From Amoebidium appalachense (lineage: Eukaryota > Protista > Ichthyosporea), in NCBI GenBank assembly GCA_963693365.1, contig CAVNZM010000011.1:3763098-3827097 (forward strand): a stretch of DNA of 64,000 nucleotides, written 5' to 3'. A program made the translations under genes and the position numbers. This document shows positions 46,391 through 59,271 of this stretch, in pieces (within the stretch, counting starts at the first letter, position 1; each line of letters starts with the position of its first letter). The notes beneath the pieces were generated by a model. It did no database searches. It was not told the origin of the DNA and was given only the letters and a program-made list of their open reading frames with translations.

Positions 46391-49300
46391 TTATGGGTAA
46401 GCAGATGCTAGCATCGGTAGCTCCGAAAGAAAGTTAAGGCACCGGATCACAATATCATACTGTGCAGCATTAATAAGGTGATCTAGGATAGACATCTTAA
46501 AACGGATATATTGAGGAAGAGAGGAAGAAAAGAGAATAAAACCGTCAATAACCTCCGGTTCTAATACATTAGCTAACAGATTGCATGTATTGATAGATAT
46601 GCAGCCGCGAGTAAACCGCCCCCCACACATATTACACATACGAGCAGGAGACACCAGAAACCGATTACACCGCCAAGCCATAATCATCTTTGCGTTTTTA
46701 CACCACACCACATTACGAATAAATGAATCTATGTATGAACGAGACTCTCTAACCGTATCCGCCATATAGGCTACTAGTAGTTGGTGTTTTTGCGGTCCTA
46801 ACACCGGAAGGGACTCAACACGTAGAGTAAAAATATATCTATCAGTCATAGACTTGAAACTATTCATATTCACACTATGATCTAGCCGTACCTCCGGGGG
46901 GGTCGCCAGCCATTCCACATAGCTCTCGGCAATGGGCAGAGATGATGGGGAAGGGAAGAGGTAGAGGGGCGGATCTGGCGGGGATGTGTGTAGCCGGAAG
47001 AGCGGGTGGTCCGGGGCACAAGCGGACAGGCGGGTGATGTGCTCGTGAAATTTAAGGGCTAATTCGTGTACGCGTTGTGATGGTGGTGTGAGTGCGTAGA
47101 GAGAATCAAAAAGGCGTCTAGGGATAGGTGTGGAAAGACCAGTGAGAAACATACAACAAGTTGTGTAATGGAAATCATCTAATGATTTGAGGACATTAGT
47201 AACAGTATCAGGGGGTGCCATAGCTAGTAAGGGCAACCCGTATTCCGACAAAGGGCGAATATATGTGCGAAATATACTAAGACGATTGTATAGGTGGACA
47301 GTATGAGAAAGAGTAGCAAGATACACATCCCGAAATAACTTACGAAGACACCTGCCTGCACTCTCCACCCGACGGTCGATCATCCGTTTGAAACATATGC
47401 CCCATTCGTCCACCGGAATCCCCAAATACTTGTATTCGATTGGGCGAGGGAGGGGACTGCCGAAAATACAAACGTCGTCCCATGCCGGTATCGATTTTGA
47501 TAAAAGGGCACACTTTTTGACATTAATCTGCATATCGTTGCGCTGGCACCAATGTTCAACCACACGAATGTATTGCCGTAGTTCGAGAGGATCGGATGAC
47601 ATAAGCACAATATCGTCGGCAAAAAAGAGGGCGGGGGGGAGCCTGGGATGGCAACCCCCCGTCAATTTGTGCCGCAGAAAGAGTGTCGGCTAAATCATCA
47701 ATATACAGGTTGAAAAGAAGAGGACTTAGCAGGGACCCTTGAAGTACCCCGCACGTGCGGGTAAACCCTGGGGATAGCCGCCCATTAACCACCGCTCGTC
47801 CGCGTGTAAACGTAAACATAGCTTCCAGTAGCCGACCCATTTGGAATGGGATACCGCGAGTGGCCAACTTGGCCCACAGGCGAGGGAGGTCGACCGTGTC
47901 GTACGCGTTCTTAAAATCGATAAATACGAGGTGCTCGGTATCACTTTGAGTTGCATTATGTAGAGTGAGGATTTGTGCGTAACATGAGTGTCGATGCCGA
48001 AACGCCGCCTGAAGAGGGCTCAGCTGGGAAGCCTGCTTAAGGGTGGGGTTACGGGAAAAGGCCTGTAAAAGGCCACTTTCGAATAATCGGCGAAAAACGG
48101 ACGTAAGGGTGATAGGGGCGAAATTCGTGGATTGGACCCTGTGCAACCGTTTTCTTGATGGGAAACACTAAGGTGGCTAGCCACTCCGAGGGCACTTTAC
48201 CGACATCAGAATGCCAGCTAAACAACTCGCTAAGAATACATGTAAGTGGTGGCGGCGGGCCACGCTTTTCGTCTTTCTCGGGTCGGGGTGGGATGAGTAC
48301 CTTAAGTAGTGCCATAGGGATGCCGTCCGGCCCGCACGCTTTGCGGGACGGGTAACGGGAGACTAACTGCCATACCGCATCTGGGGTAAAAAGTTCCCCC
48401 AATTCAGCCCCAAACTCAGCCGGCCCCGCTGGCCACGCCGTGTGTGGTGGTGGTGGTGTGTCGGAGGGTGGAACAAAAACAGAAGGGGGCGCCTGCCCCA
48501 GATCCCGGGCCGTGGCCATACATGTCGGGTTACGTTTAAACAGGGTGCCGTAAAAGGAATCGGTTGCAGATTCCGGGTCGGATGACGGGTCGGTCGTTAT
48601 TCGAATCGAATGATCGCCGCGATCAATCTTCCGAATATTACCCAATAGCATGTGATACGGTAGAGGCTTACGTAAGGCAGCCTCCGCTCGAGGGCCGCGA
48701 GTGTGTGTAGTTCGTGCTTGTGGGTAAACTTGGGCACCTAAACAGGCATATTCACCTATGTCCCATAAGGTTTCTCGTACTGTAGACCAGACGCTATCGA
48801 TGAAGGTCTGGTCGGTGCGTAGTGGGGTTTGGCGTCCATCACGCACAAGCGATAATAGACTCGGTTGCACCGTCTGGAAAAAGAAGCGAGTGTTGATGTC
48901 TGCTTGGCCGCGCTGGCTTTTAAGTTCGTGTACGTTAAGTCTGTAAGTGTGTTGTGGTGACGGCGTAGAAAGGCTAAGTGTAGTGCGAAAGACTATAGGT
49001 AGGTGGTCTGACGGTGGGGGGTGTAGGTTGTGGTGTATGTGTAAGGTGCAAGGACCAGAGGCTGCCCCCCAGTCCGTGCGGTGTTCTTGTACTACAGATG
49101 GAAGAGTAAGGCGTAAGGCTGTAACAAAAGTGTGAAAGGTTGGCGTACGTGGGTGGTTGGGTTTAAGTAGGGCCTGTGGGTGGCCGTGTAGGGGGTGTGG
49201 GGTGGTAATTAGCGGGCTATTAAAGTCTCCTAACACTAGTGTGGGGTTATGTGGGGCGATGGTGTTAAGTTCGTGTTTAAGTGCTAGCAGTGGAAGGCTA

Positions 49301-49611
49301 GGTGGAAAATAAACAAAAGTGCATATATGGCCACAAACTGAGATGGTGAGTGTGTGTATTGTACGTGCTATAACTCAACAGTGGTTAACAAAGTGGTAGG
49401 CGGCGATGAACACTATGCCGGAGTGAGGCTTGTGGCCCACAGGCTGAGTAGACTCGCCCACGAGCCGTCCAGACCGACGAAGTGTGGCGTGGTCTCGCCA
49501 CCACGTTTCTGCGACAACAATAAACGGGAACTCCTGTTGGGGTAAAGAAAGAAGAAACTGTGCTTTACTCTTATTTAGACTACGAGCATTCCAGAAAAGA
49601 AAGGAGAGCAT
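46391..49611 (-). pseudogene. LINE ORF2 (APE endonuclease + reverse transcriptase)
   Basis: In-frame TGA at 49375-49377, after which the same frame continues to LGDFNS. +1 frameshifts in C-runs at about 48117 (RP/IT) and about 47637 (before LFFADDI). Stop at 46391. Confidence 0.88.
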
Positions 49612-49613
49612 GC

Positions 49614-50763
49614 TTACTGGGAGTTGGCTGGTGCGGCGGTGGGGTCGTAGGGCTTGCTGAAGACCTGCACGTGCTGAGCCTCCCAGTAGGCACGCACCTC
49701 AGCTGCTGTTTTGGCCCGGCTGTCGTGTGCCGGGTAAAGTGTGGCTGCCTTGACAGCCCATGCGTGGGCGTTGGCCATTCTTGCAAGCACCCGGCGTTGC
49801 CAAGAGGCCCGGGCAGCGGCCTCTGCATCAGCACGGTTAAGTGTGGTGTTGTAGGGAGCCGTAGGATCGAAGTCTGCGAGAAAGGTGGCGTCGGTAGCAC
49901 GTTGGATGATGTTTATGAGGGTATCACGGTAGCCGGCACGCACAATGAACACTGTGTAGCGACGGCCAATGAAGAGCATGTCGGGAATCATTCGGTTGAG
50001 GACACCAAGGGTGTAAAGACGGTCACGCATGGTGCAGGCTGATGTTGGCCGGCACCATGGTGAAGGCTACAGTGGTCAACTCGGACTCGTCGGTACCCTG
50101 AGGGGCAGGGTCAGACGCCACCCAAGGGCGGCGGGTTGGGTGCAGTGCTGACGCTGCGGCAAGGGCTGCCAAAGCCTGGGTAGCCCCGTGGGTCTGGGCC
50201 ACCGACTCGGCATACGTTTTGACTTTCTCGGACACGTACACGGTCTTGGCGTCCACCGTAGTGCGGTACACCTTAGGATTCGTTGTGGGTATGAACTTGG
50301 GAGACCCCGGGGGGGTGGGTAACCCATCGGGGGCTGCCTGTGCTGCAGGGGCCGGGCCCGCATGGGCAGGGCCGGTGGGGGTTGCCCGGTCAGCTTCCAG
50401 CTGCCGTAAGCGCGTCTCCATTTGCTGAACAAGGAGGTCTGTGTGGTCCTGTTTGGCTTTATACTCAGCTACTTGGGTTGTTAAGTCGGAGACTTGGGTG
50501 CGGAGCTGCTCATGATGCGCCATAAGTTTGAGCACGGATTTCCTAGCCTTCTCGGGTATCAAGTGCAGTTGTTCTTTCGTAATAAAACTACTTGCTGGCG
50601 GCACGGCCGGTGGCGCTTTAACCTCGGGAAAGGGAACCTGTTCCGCTCGGCTCAGTTTAGTTAGCCTCTTATCTGGGGATTCTCCTTCCCGTGTATCACG
50701 TTTGCGGCTCCCAGGCGGTGTCCCAGGAGGGTCCGGGGACAAGGATGCGTCCTGAGACGCCAT
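49614..50763 (-). pseudogene. LINE ORF1 (gag-like, coiled coil) split by a +1 frameshift near 50030
   Basis: ORFs 50023-50763 and 49614-50030 overlap in +1 register and lie immediately upstream of ORF2. Coiled coil LRTQVSDLTTQVAEYKAK..METRLRQLE. Confidence 0.75.
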
Positions 50764-50787
50764 GCCATTGGGTGGGTTCTAGCTGCC

Positions 50788-51050
50788 CCTCAAGGGGCCT
50801 AAGTAGAGGTGGATGCCTAAGTAAAGGCCGATGCCTAAGTAGAGAAAGTAAAGAAAGAAAAAAAAAAACAACGTGTGAAAGAAAAAAACGTGTGAATGAA
50901 AAAAAAACGTGTGAGAGAAAAAAAAGTGTGAGAGAAAAAAACGTGCTCGAATGAGAAAAAAACGTGTGAAAGAAAAAAAAACGTGTGAGAGAAAAAAACG
51001 TGTGAGAGAAAAAAACGTGTGTGAGAGAAAAAAACGTGCAAGTAAGCGGG
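50788..51050. repeat. Tandem repeats in the LINE 5' UTR: 3 x 18 bp GCCTAAGTA units, then about 10 units of AAAAAAACGTGTGAGAG (17-21 bp)
   Basis: Directly visible head-to-tail units with no unique spacers. Confidence 0.85.
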
Positions 51051-52633
51051 GCGAAAAAACCTCAGCCAATCAAAAGACTTATTTCTGGTCCTTGCCGTCC
51101 CACAATAAGCTCTCGCATGACTTGGACCCTACCGGGAGATGGGCACCGTGTCCGTGTGTCAGTCTCAGCGCAGTCTCAGCATCTTTGCGGCCGTAGCAAG
51201 GTGGGCTAAGACTGTTGGGCAGCCAATGGAAATGGGATATGTAGGAAAGTGCTAATGCCGTTGGTTGGTTTGCTGTCCGGACTCCTCTCCTGTAACCTAT
51301 CAGGTTGATATATCGGGTTTCCTACACGGCATTCTGGTTGGCTACAGGAGAAAGTACGGAGATAAAATAAAAAAAACAAAAAAAAATAAAAAGATCTTGA
51401 AAGCAGCGCGCACTTGTGCCCACTCACAATATGCTTCACACTAAGCCTCTTGGGCACTTATTTTTGCGTTTTAAATGTACTAAAAACATAACTTGTGAAT
51501 GTATTTCAATGATAACATCAGGACTTGGTTCGTATTCGCTATACATAACTGAAGATGACATAAAGTGGTGCCACTGCGGGCGGTGCACTGATCATGAATT
51601 GCCGCGGCGGTTACAATAGCCAATCGATCAGCTTGCGCGTACGTTGTGATGACGTCACTACAATTGCGATATGGCATTATTGGCATAGGCTCAGTAAATA
51701 TCTGCCAAAGTTTTACAGGTGGTTTGGCTGTATGTACAGGCAGACAGTACCCTATATCAAAACAACGAAAATTGAATACAGAGACTGATAGAGAAGTGCA
51801 AATGACATTTATTCTTGTTGCCGTCCGCTTGACTCCCTGTAGGACATGCGCGCAGGCAACGCACCGTGAAGTGCAATCATCGAATAGAAAGCATTGCAAG
51901 ATTGTGCTCTCGCCCAATCCAAGCGATCTTGCACTAGTAAAGCAACATTCCATTGCTAAAAGTGCCTGCAGGTGCCCACTGCCCACGTACGATACAGACA
52001 CCTACTGAGCCTACCTACCACCTACTGAGGCGGTGTCTCCTTTTCTTTCTTTTTTTTTTTTTTTTTTTTTTTGCCGCCTGAGTAGATGTTAAACGTCGCA
52101 CGTGCGGCAGCACGTCAGTACGTGTTAGTGAGCCTACTGATGTGTAACGTCGCACGTGCGGCAACACGTCAGTACGTGTTAGAGTCGACTCCAGTCCTCA
52201 GGCAACCTGTACCTATTACACCCCCTGTAATCAAATGATTAATCTTCAACGTTAATCACATTTGCGGCGCTTCCACCGACTTACCCAGCAGCCCAAAAAT
52301 ACATGTTAAGTAAGCAAAAAGTTGGTTTTGATAGTCAAGAAAACGCCTATGTAATTTTTTTTGGGTGTTTATGTCTATAATATCCATGTTTATTATACAC
52401 CTTCGAGAAGAGGTGCGAGCGTAAAAGAAGATTAATCAATCCGAGAAGAAGATTAATCACAGCGGCTGGATCCCGCGATATGATCGGCAGCCGGCCGCGG
52501 CTCACGAAGCTCACGTGTTAATTGTGCGCGCACAGCGCTCGGGCTCCCGGTGTCATGTGTGAGGTACTCTCTCACTTTCTCTGTATGTGTATGTGTGTGT
52601 GCTGTGTGTGTGTCTGTGTGCTGGTGTGTGCGT

Positions 52634-52738
<105 letters not shown>

Positions 52739-53884
52739 GATGTGTGTGTGTGTGTGTGTGTGCACATGTGTGCCTAGGCCTGTGCATATCCCTATATAGA
52801 CAAGCACACATACGGGTGTGGGTGGTTCCACGTGTACGCTGAATGCAGTGCATGGATGCCACGTAACACGGTGCCGTGGTACTGTACAGGTCAACTTAAA
52901 ATGCATGTGCTATTGTACGCACATGCTGATGTTAGTGTGTTCAGCTGTGATGACATGTGTTTGTGCTTGTGTGGGTGTGTTTGTACATGTATGCAATATT
53001 TTGTACACGCTTGTACGTGTGTACATTGCAGAGAGTGTGTGCCGGTGCATGTTTTCGGTGACGGTGTCCACGGTTTGCGTGTGAGTGTGTACCGCGTGTG
53101 TGTGTGTGTGGGTGCATGTGTGTTTTTCAGCATGTATGATGCCACAGTGCTTGTTTGCGGTGTGTGCACGTGTGGTACGTGTTACGCACTGTGTTTCACA
53201 GTGCAGTGTGTGCCACGGCATGCAGTGTGTGTGTGTATCTCTATATACATGCATGTACGAGTCCGTGTGCCACGGTGTGCACGTGCGTGTGTCAGGGTGG
53301 TTGGGTGGGCAGCCGGTGCATGTGCATATGTGTGTGTTGGGGCGGAGGGGGGGGGGGGGGGGGGGGGGGGGAGGGGGGTATAATGTCTGTGTATATCTGT
53401 ACAATATTGCTATGAATAGAATTTCCTTATTATTTAACAGGGAGCCGGGGCCCCGGGGTGAGTGTGATATGTGCACTCGTGCATGCATGTACCTGGCCGT
53501 TTCAGTGATGCCATGTGTGTGTGTCATGTCTTTGTGCGTGTACGTGTTTGTGTGTGTGTGCACATGTGTGTGTTAGGGTGACCACGGTTAGGTGGGCAGG
53601 TGCCACAGTGCGTGCGCGTCTTACGCCAGGTTTTGACCTAAATCCGGATTACAAATCAGAATCTGGATACTGATTTGATACCCGGCGTATACGGTCTACG
53701 CCGGGGTTCGTAACTCCGCGTTGCCAAACAGGCCCTTAGACTGCAAAACATGTGCACACGCACGATGTGATATGTGTGCTCCACAAACACATTCAAGCAG
53801 ACTGGTGCCGTAATATCCTTTAAACAACATTAGTACCTCGTAGCCGGTTTTTTTGATCCTCGTGTTCTCTTGTTAGCCTACAAT

Positions 53885-55947
53885 ATGTCTCCAAGTCCCA
53901 ACAACACACCAACGGGATCTACCAACACTTCTCCCACACCTTCACACGTCACTGAGGGAAACACCAAAGAGACAGCAAAATATCCAAGCACCCCTACAGA
54001 AGCGAACACACAGCAGCTGTCGCCAACCGACCAGCCCATCGAAACAGAAACCCCACTTGACGCTACACCGCTCCAAACCGAAGAGAATACCGACTCATCA
54101 ACCACAAATTCGCTTTTACTAAAGTTTAACCACGAAAACTCAAAGGATGCATATAGGAAATTTGGCCCGGCACGCAATTCAACGGTGGCCGTTTCCATCG
54201 ATTTTTTGGAAGGGAGAGCACAGAGCGCCAGTTCGAGCGAAGACACCTTCAGAGCGCATGAGGGAGGCACCTCAGCCTTTTGGCCGCCTTCAAACACCAT
54301 CCAAGTTGAACAAAACAACCATGACGCACCTGTATCAGTGCAGAATCCGATTCCAGTAGATCGCAGATACTACCAGCTCACGTCCATTATCTCACCCATA
54401 ATCTGCTTTTCGCTCCTGGCGATTGAAGGAGTGGTCCTATGTCTTGCCCACTATATCACCGCCAAATCGCCAATCAACATTGCGCTCGAGGCAACTACAA
54501 ATCTCGCAAATGCGGGGATGGCTTACATGAAGGTGTCGGGTGTTAGTAGCACAGGAACCCCCACGGGAAATTCAACTTCGGCGGCGGTAAACCCGGGTGC
54601 GTCACTGAAAGCATTGGCAGCGCTTATGCAGGAGGCTAAGAATTTCAACGCGGCGGGGGTCCAAGCAAAACTTTGAAGAGGCCGGGGACAAATTGTGGAA
54701 AATGCAAATTGGGGTTTTTGCGTTGCATTTGGCGTTGCTGTTGGGTGTTGCAATCGTGACGTTCGTCAATAGAGATCACCCCACCGTCCGTTCGCAGGGG
54801 AGGCAATATCTTGCGTGTGCGTTTACTTTTGCGCTGATACATTCAATTTCAGAGATATGTGCAACAGCAACGTTCAACCTCCAATTTGCGACTTTTCCGG
54901 ACGCCACACAACTCACAACCGCGACAAAGAATATCGGAGATATGTTTACCAATCTGAATGACATGCTTTATGCGTTCACAACGGTTACATTTTTCTCGCT
55001 GTCGTTTTTTCTCGGTGCAATATGCATGCGCGCCCGTATTATCTACTACGTATTCAATCGCACGATTAAGGCTAATCGGATCACCTACCTCGGCCCGATC
55101 TGGGTGAATTTCATCGTCGGTTGCCTGTGTCAAACCCCCCCAACAGTCCGGAAAATCTTCTGCGAAAAATTCGATGTCGACAGGACCAAGCCCTGGGCCA
55201 TCATGGGGGTGTGGTTAGTTGTCTTCTTCTACACTGCCTGGTTTGGATATTACACCTACAAATCCCAGAACTGCAATCTTCGCTTTGCAGGTAACGTCTC
55301 CCTCCCCTCCCTCCCTCCCCCCCCTCCCCCCCCCCCCCCCCCTTGTTCCCCGCCCCCTCTCTCCCTCTCCCCCCCCCCCCCCCCCCCCCCCCCCCTCCCC
55401 CGACCCCTTCCTGCCTCCCGAAAGATTTTTTTTGCTCTCTAGAATCCAACCATCCCCTGGCACAGTGATACATAAGTGTTACTGTTCTTGTCTACTCTAA
55501 ATTTACCTCTCTTTAGTTCCCGGTTCCCTTCACTTACCCCTCCTCCCCCCCTTCCCCCCCCCCTCCCCCCCCCTCCCCCCCCCCCCCCCTTCCACACACA
55601 CAAATGTTAAAAGTCACCCCATCCAATTTAACAGAAACCCGCACTACATACAGCGCCTAACTAACCCCCCCTCCCCCCAACCACCCAAATTTCCACCATC
55701 TGCAGACCGCCGCAGCAACATGCGTGTAATTCTGGCCGTCGACATAGTTGCCGTGTCCCTGCTCACATATAGCCACATGTACCCAATATCCGTAATTACC
55801 ACCACTGCCGGGTGGAGCGCGGCGTCCCGCTTTATCCTCAACTACTATGCTCTAGAGCAGTTAATGTGCCAGCTTGTGCAAATCAAGTATAACCCCCCCC
55901 CACTCACCAACCGGAGCGTGTCCGTACATGCGGTGGCTGTCAACTGA
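53885..55947 (+). CDS. Class C (7tm_3-like) GPCR-type multi-pass membrane protein without Venus flytrap domain; +1 frameshift at 54655-54676
   Basis: Exon 53885-55290 (with frame break), GT-AG intron 55291-55705, exon 55706-55947. Motifs resembling class C receptors: TM1-VNRDHPTVRSQGRQYL (cf. mGluR NDTPIVKASGRELSY), TM3 FFLGAICMRARIIYYVF (cf. FGAMFAKTWRVHAIF), TM5-YKSQNCNLRFADRRSN (cf. FKTRNVPENFNEAK). S/T/P-rich N-terminus. Confidence 0.6.
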
Positions 55948-56051
55948 ACGGGGATCAATGATGTTGGTTGACCTCCAGTGGTGTTGGCTCGGAGAGTTGA
56001 TTTTTCAGCGTTTTTACCACCTAATATTAGTTTATTAAAGGTTTCAAAGGC

Positions 56052-56084
<33 letters not shown>

Positions 56085-56166
56085 GGGGGGTCCTCTCTTT
56101 TTCTTTCTTTCTTTCTTTTCTTTTCTTTTCTTTTCTTTTTTTTCTTTTTTTGCTGGGGGCGGGGGG

Positions 56167-56212
<46 letters not shown>

Positions 56213-56821
56213 AGGGAGGTGTGGATTAGAGTCTGCGTGATGCCTGTATCTAAGGGTTAAGGCATGCGCTACATGATGTAGATTCAAGACAGTCGTGTAC
56301 GTGTACCTGTTATGTATGTCATCTGCTCAAGAGCCTTGTGTAAAGGCACAGAGTGTACATACTGATAGTAATACTCTTCAGCTCAACCCCTACATGTTAA
56401 ACTTACGTTTATTGTACTTCTAGGGTGTTACAAATGAACATCAAAACATAGGAAGCCATACGGCAAACTGGTACCTGTGTGTTTGCATCTACGCCCCCCC
56501 CCCCCCCCCCCCCCCCCCCCCTCTCCCCCCTCCCCGGCCTTCCCTCTCTCCGATCTTCAGGCCCCAAAACTCTCCAACCTCCTTGCCGCACCCTCCCCCT
56601 GCTCTGCAGAGCAACCCGCCCCTCCCCTCCCTCCCCTCCCCACCCCACCCCCTATCCTGCTCACCTGAAAATGTGGTGGCCGTGCATACATTAAACTTTT
56701 TGAATGGCCTGCCGTCATGATGTTCTTATTGCCCGGTAGGAAAGGGGGGCTTGAGCAAAGTCCGATGCATATGAGTATGCCGCATGACGATGATCTAGCA
56801 GGATTTTGAAGTTCGCCCCGA

Positions 56822-56856
<35 letters not shown>

Positions 56857-57003
56857 GGGGGGGCTCCTCAAGGTAAACTGTAAGGATGGGCAACCCCCCC
56901 CCCCCCCCTTCCCTCCCCCCCCCCCCCCCCCCCCCCCCCCCACCACCACCACCACCACCACCCCCATCCGAAGCCCCGCCTCCCCCCCCCCCCCCCCCCC
57001 CCC

Positions 57004-57047
<44 letters not shown>

Positions 57048-57998
57048 ACCCCACCCCACCCCCCTAACACCCGGAGCTCCGCCTTCAAGGATGTGCCTGA
57101 TCAAATGGTTTTGGAATCGACAAATCGCTGTGTAATACTATGATGGTGCCAAAATTAATGCTGACAATTATCATACGCAATCAAACCAATTATTAGTGAC
57201 TGCTGGCCCTAGGAGACCTAATTTCCAGCGTGGGGGCAGGTCCCCCTCCCCACCGTCTCCACTCTTTGCAACATACTCTCCATCCTCCCCCATCCCCACT
57301 CCCCCCAGGCCTTCCCCCCCCCCCCCCCCCCCCACCCTCCCCCTCCCCGTCCTCCCGGCCTTCCGGCTCCCCATCCTCCCAGCCCCCTCCTTCTCCTCCC
57401 CCCTCGGGCCGGCCCCCACCTTCCCCTTCACCCCGGCCCCCCCAAACTCAAGTTCAAAAGAGCCGTATATATCACCGTACCACGAAAAGAAGTGCATTCG
57501 AAAATATGGCGGGGGTGCACGCTCCTAGCCCTAACTTAGCTATAGGTGTAGTTATTCAGGGCCCCGGGCTCGTTGGTATATATGGGCGCGCTTTAGTAGT
57601 TACCTGACAACTATGCATGCTGCCTTGCACGGAATCTTGCAATTTGGCATGCCCGGCCTTTCCCATCCCTCCGACGGTTCTTCCAAGCCCCCCCCCCCCC
57701 CCCCCCTCTCTCTCCCCCTCCTCCCCTCCCCCTAGCACACACACATGCACACATATACTCTCTCACACAGCCTCTCTTTGCCTCCGACAAAATTTAATAC
57801 TCTACATTACCGTACCCGGTGAATATTACTACCCGGTCCTTGAGTGACAGTATCAGGTTTCGAGAGTTAACGCTGTGGGTTAGCCTGGTTGTGGTTGGGA
57901 TGGTGGTGTACACACGGATGAGCCACTACAGGGCGGCAGGGAGAGAGGGGCCTGGACGGAAGGGGCCGAGAGAGGAGGGTGCAACCCGGAGAGGCCCC

Positions 57999-58029
<31 letters not shown>

Positions 58030-58841
58030 AGGGGGGGAGGGGAGGGGGGAGGGGGAGGAAGTGGAGGGAGGCTACATTTGACTGACGAGGGCGGGCACGA
58101 ATAAACAATAAGAAATGTAGGAATACCGCGATCTCAAAAAATTTGCAGACCAATAATTTGCATGCGATCTGACTGATTAGCCATGTATGGAAATTTGGGC
58201 CGGAGTTTTGGCGCGCAAAAAAAATAAAAATAAATTAAGGGCCCTTAGAAAATAAAACAAATAAAAAAGCAGAATGCATCGCGGCAACATGATGTCATTG
58301 ATGTGGGTTGCACTGTCTGTGTCCGGGCAGTCTAATGCGCAGAGAGAGGAAGATCTTATGGATATGTAGTCTAAACCGGCACAAGAATGCAATACGAGTA
58401 ATACCATTGGTGTGTATGTGTTTGTGTGGTGGTGGTGGTGCCACTGGTGCTGCTGCTGGTGGTGGGTGGATGGGTGGGTGGGTGGGGTGGTGGTGGTGGT
58501 GGGGGCAAGGGGGGGGGGGGGGGGAGGGGGTGGTTAACGTTACTGCACGTGGCTCTTTCAAGTGTGACCAGTATTGGCTGCCAGGCCATGTTTACTCATG
58601 TAACATTTATTCTCTGGATAGCGGTGGATTGAACACGCATGCCGCCACCATGTGGTATTACTAAATCACCAAAGTCTAACACAGTAGTCTGTCACAAAGC
58701 CTACATGGAGGGAACCTCGCGGGTAGATACAAAACGAATGGAAATGGTTATCTTGCTAATTTAAAAGAGCTGTACATAATCCCAGAGATGGCTAGGCTGT
58801 GTTGACCATGTTGGTGTTAACCTCTTAATTTGTGTGTGTGT

Positions 58842-58883
<42 letters not shown>

Positions 58884-59227
58884 CTAAGACAACAGATGGA
58901 GAGAAAGGTTCGGGAATCGGAGAGGAAGAGGGAGGGAAAGGGCGACAGGGAAAGAGCGAAAGAGAAAGAGAGGGGCACGGGGGGAGGGGGAGAGGGGGGA
59001 CAGCAAAAATGGAGGGGAGGGAGGGGGGGGGGGGTTACTAACATAATTACACTACCGCCTATTTCAACAAGGCAAAGAAAGGGAGAGGGGAGTAGCATGC
59101 CAGGTGGTTGGTTGGGGTCGAGTTGTAAAAAAAGGGAGGGAAGACACATATGGCATCCGGATATAGTAGGTGAGTGGACGGGAAGGAGGGAAGCATCTAG
59201 AGATACAGATTGGATAGAGAGCCTCGG

Positions 59228-59271
<44 letters not shown>

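Larger units (their letters stand above)
46391..51362 (-). mobile_element. Non-LTR retrotransposon (LINE; ORF1 plus APE endonuclease/RT ORF2), near full length but disrupted; ends approximate
   Basis: Two ORFs separated by TAA-GC-ATG at 49609-49616. APE motifs WNARSL, VAETW, VYFPPS, LGDFNS, SDHLPI. RT motifs KACGPDGIP, FRPITL, QAAFR, FIDFKNAYDTV, GVLQGSLLSPLLFNLYIDDL, FADDI, YKYLGIP. C-terminal CxxC. Tandem repeats in the 5' UTR. Confidence 0.9.

Noticed and set aside
49375-49377. Selenocysteine or readthrough TGA in LINE ORF2
   Set aside because: No SECIS is evident and the element has other lesions. A point mutation such as CGA>TGA is simpler.
46391-50763. The LINE as autonomous partner of the poly-C element
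   Set aside because: Its 3' end shares no sequence with the element and it is not inserted in a C-run.
50840-51050. CRISPR-like array (also considered for 14761-14990)
   Set aside because: Units are head-to-tail without unique spacers, there are no cas genes, and the context is eukaryotic.
52092-52182. Group II intron domain V resemblance (GTCGCACGTGCGG)
   Set aside because: The 5' GAGCCG..GAAA half of domain V is missing. It is a simple local duplication.
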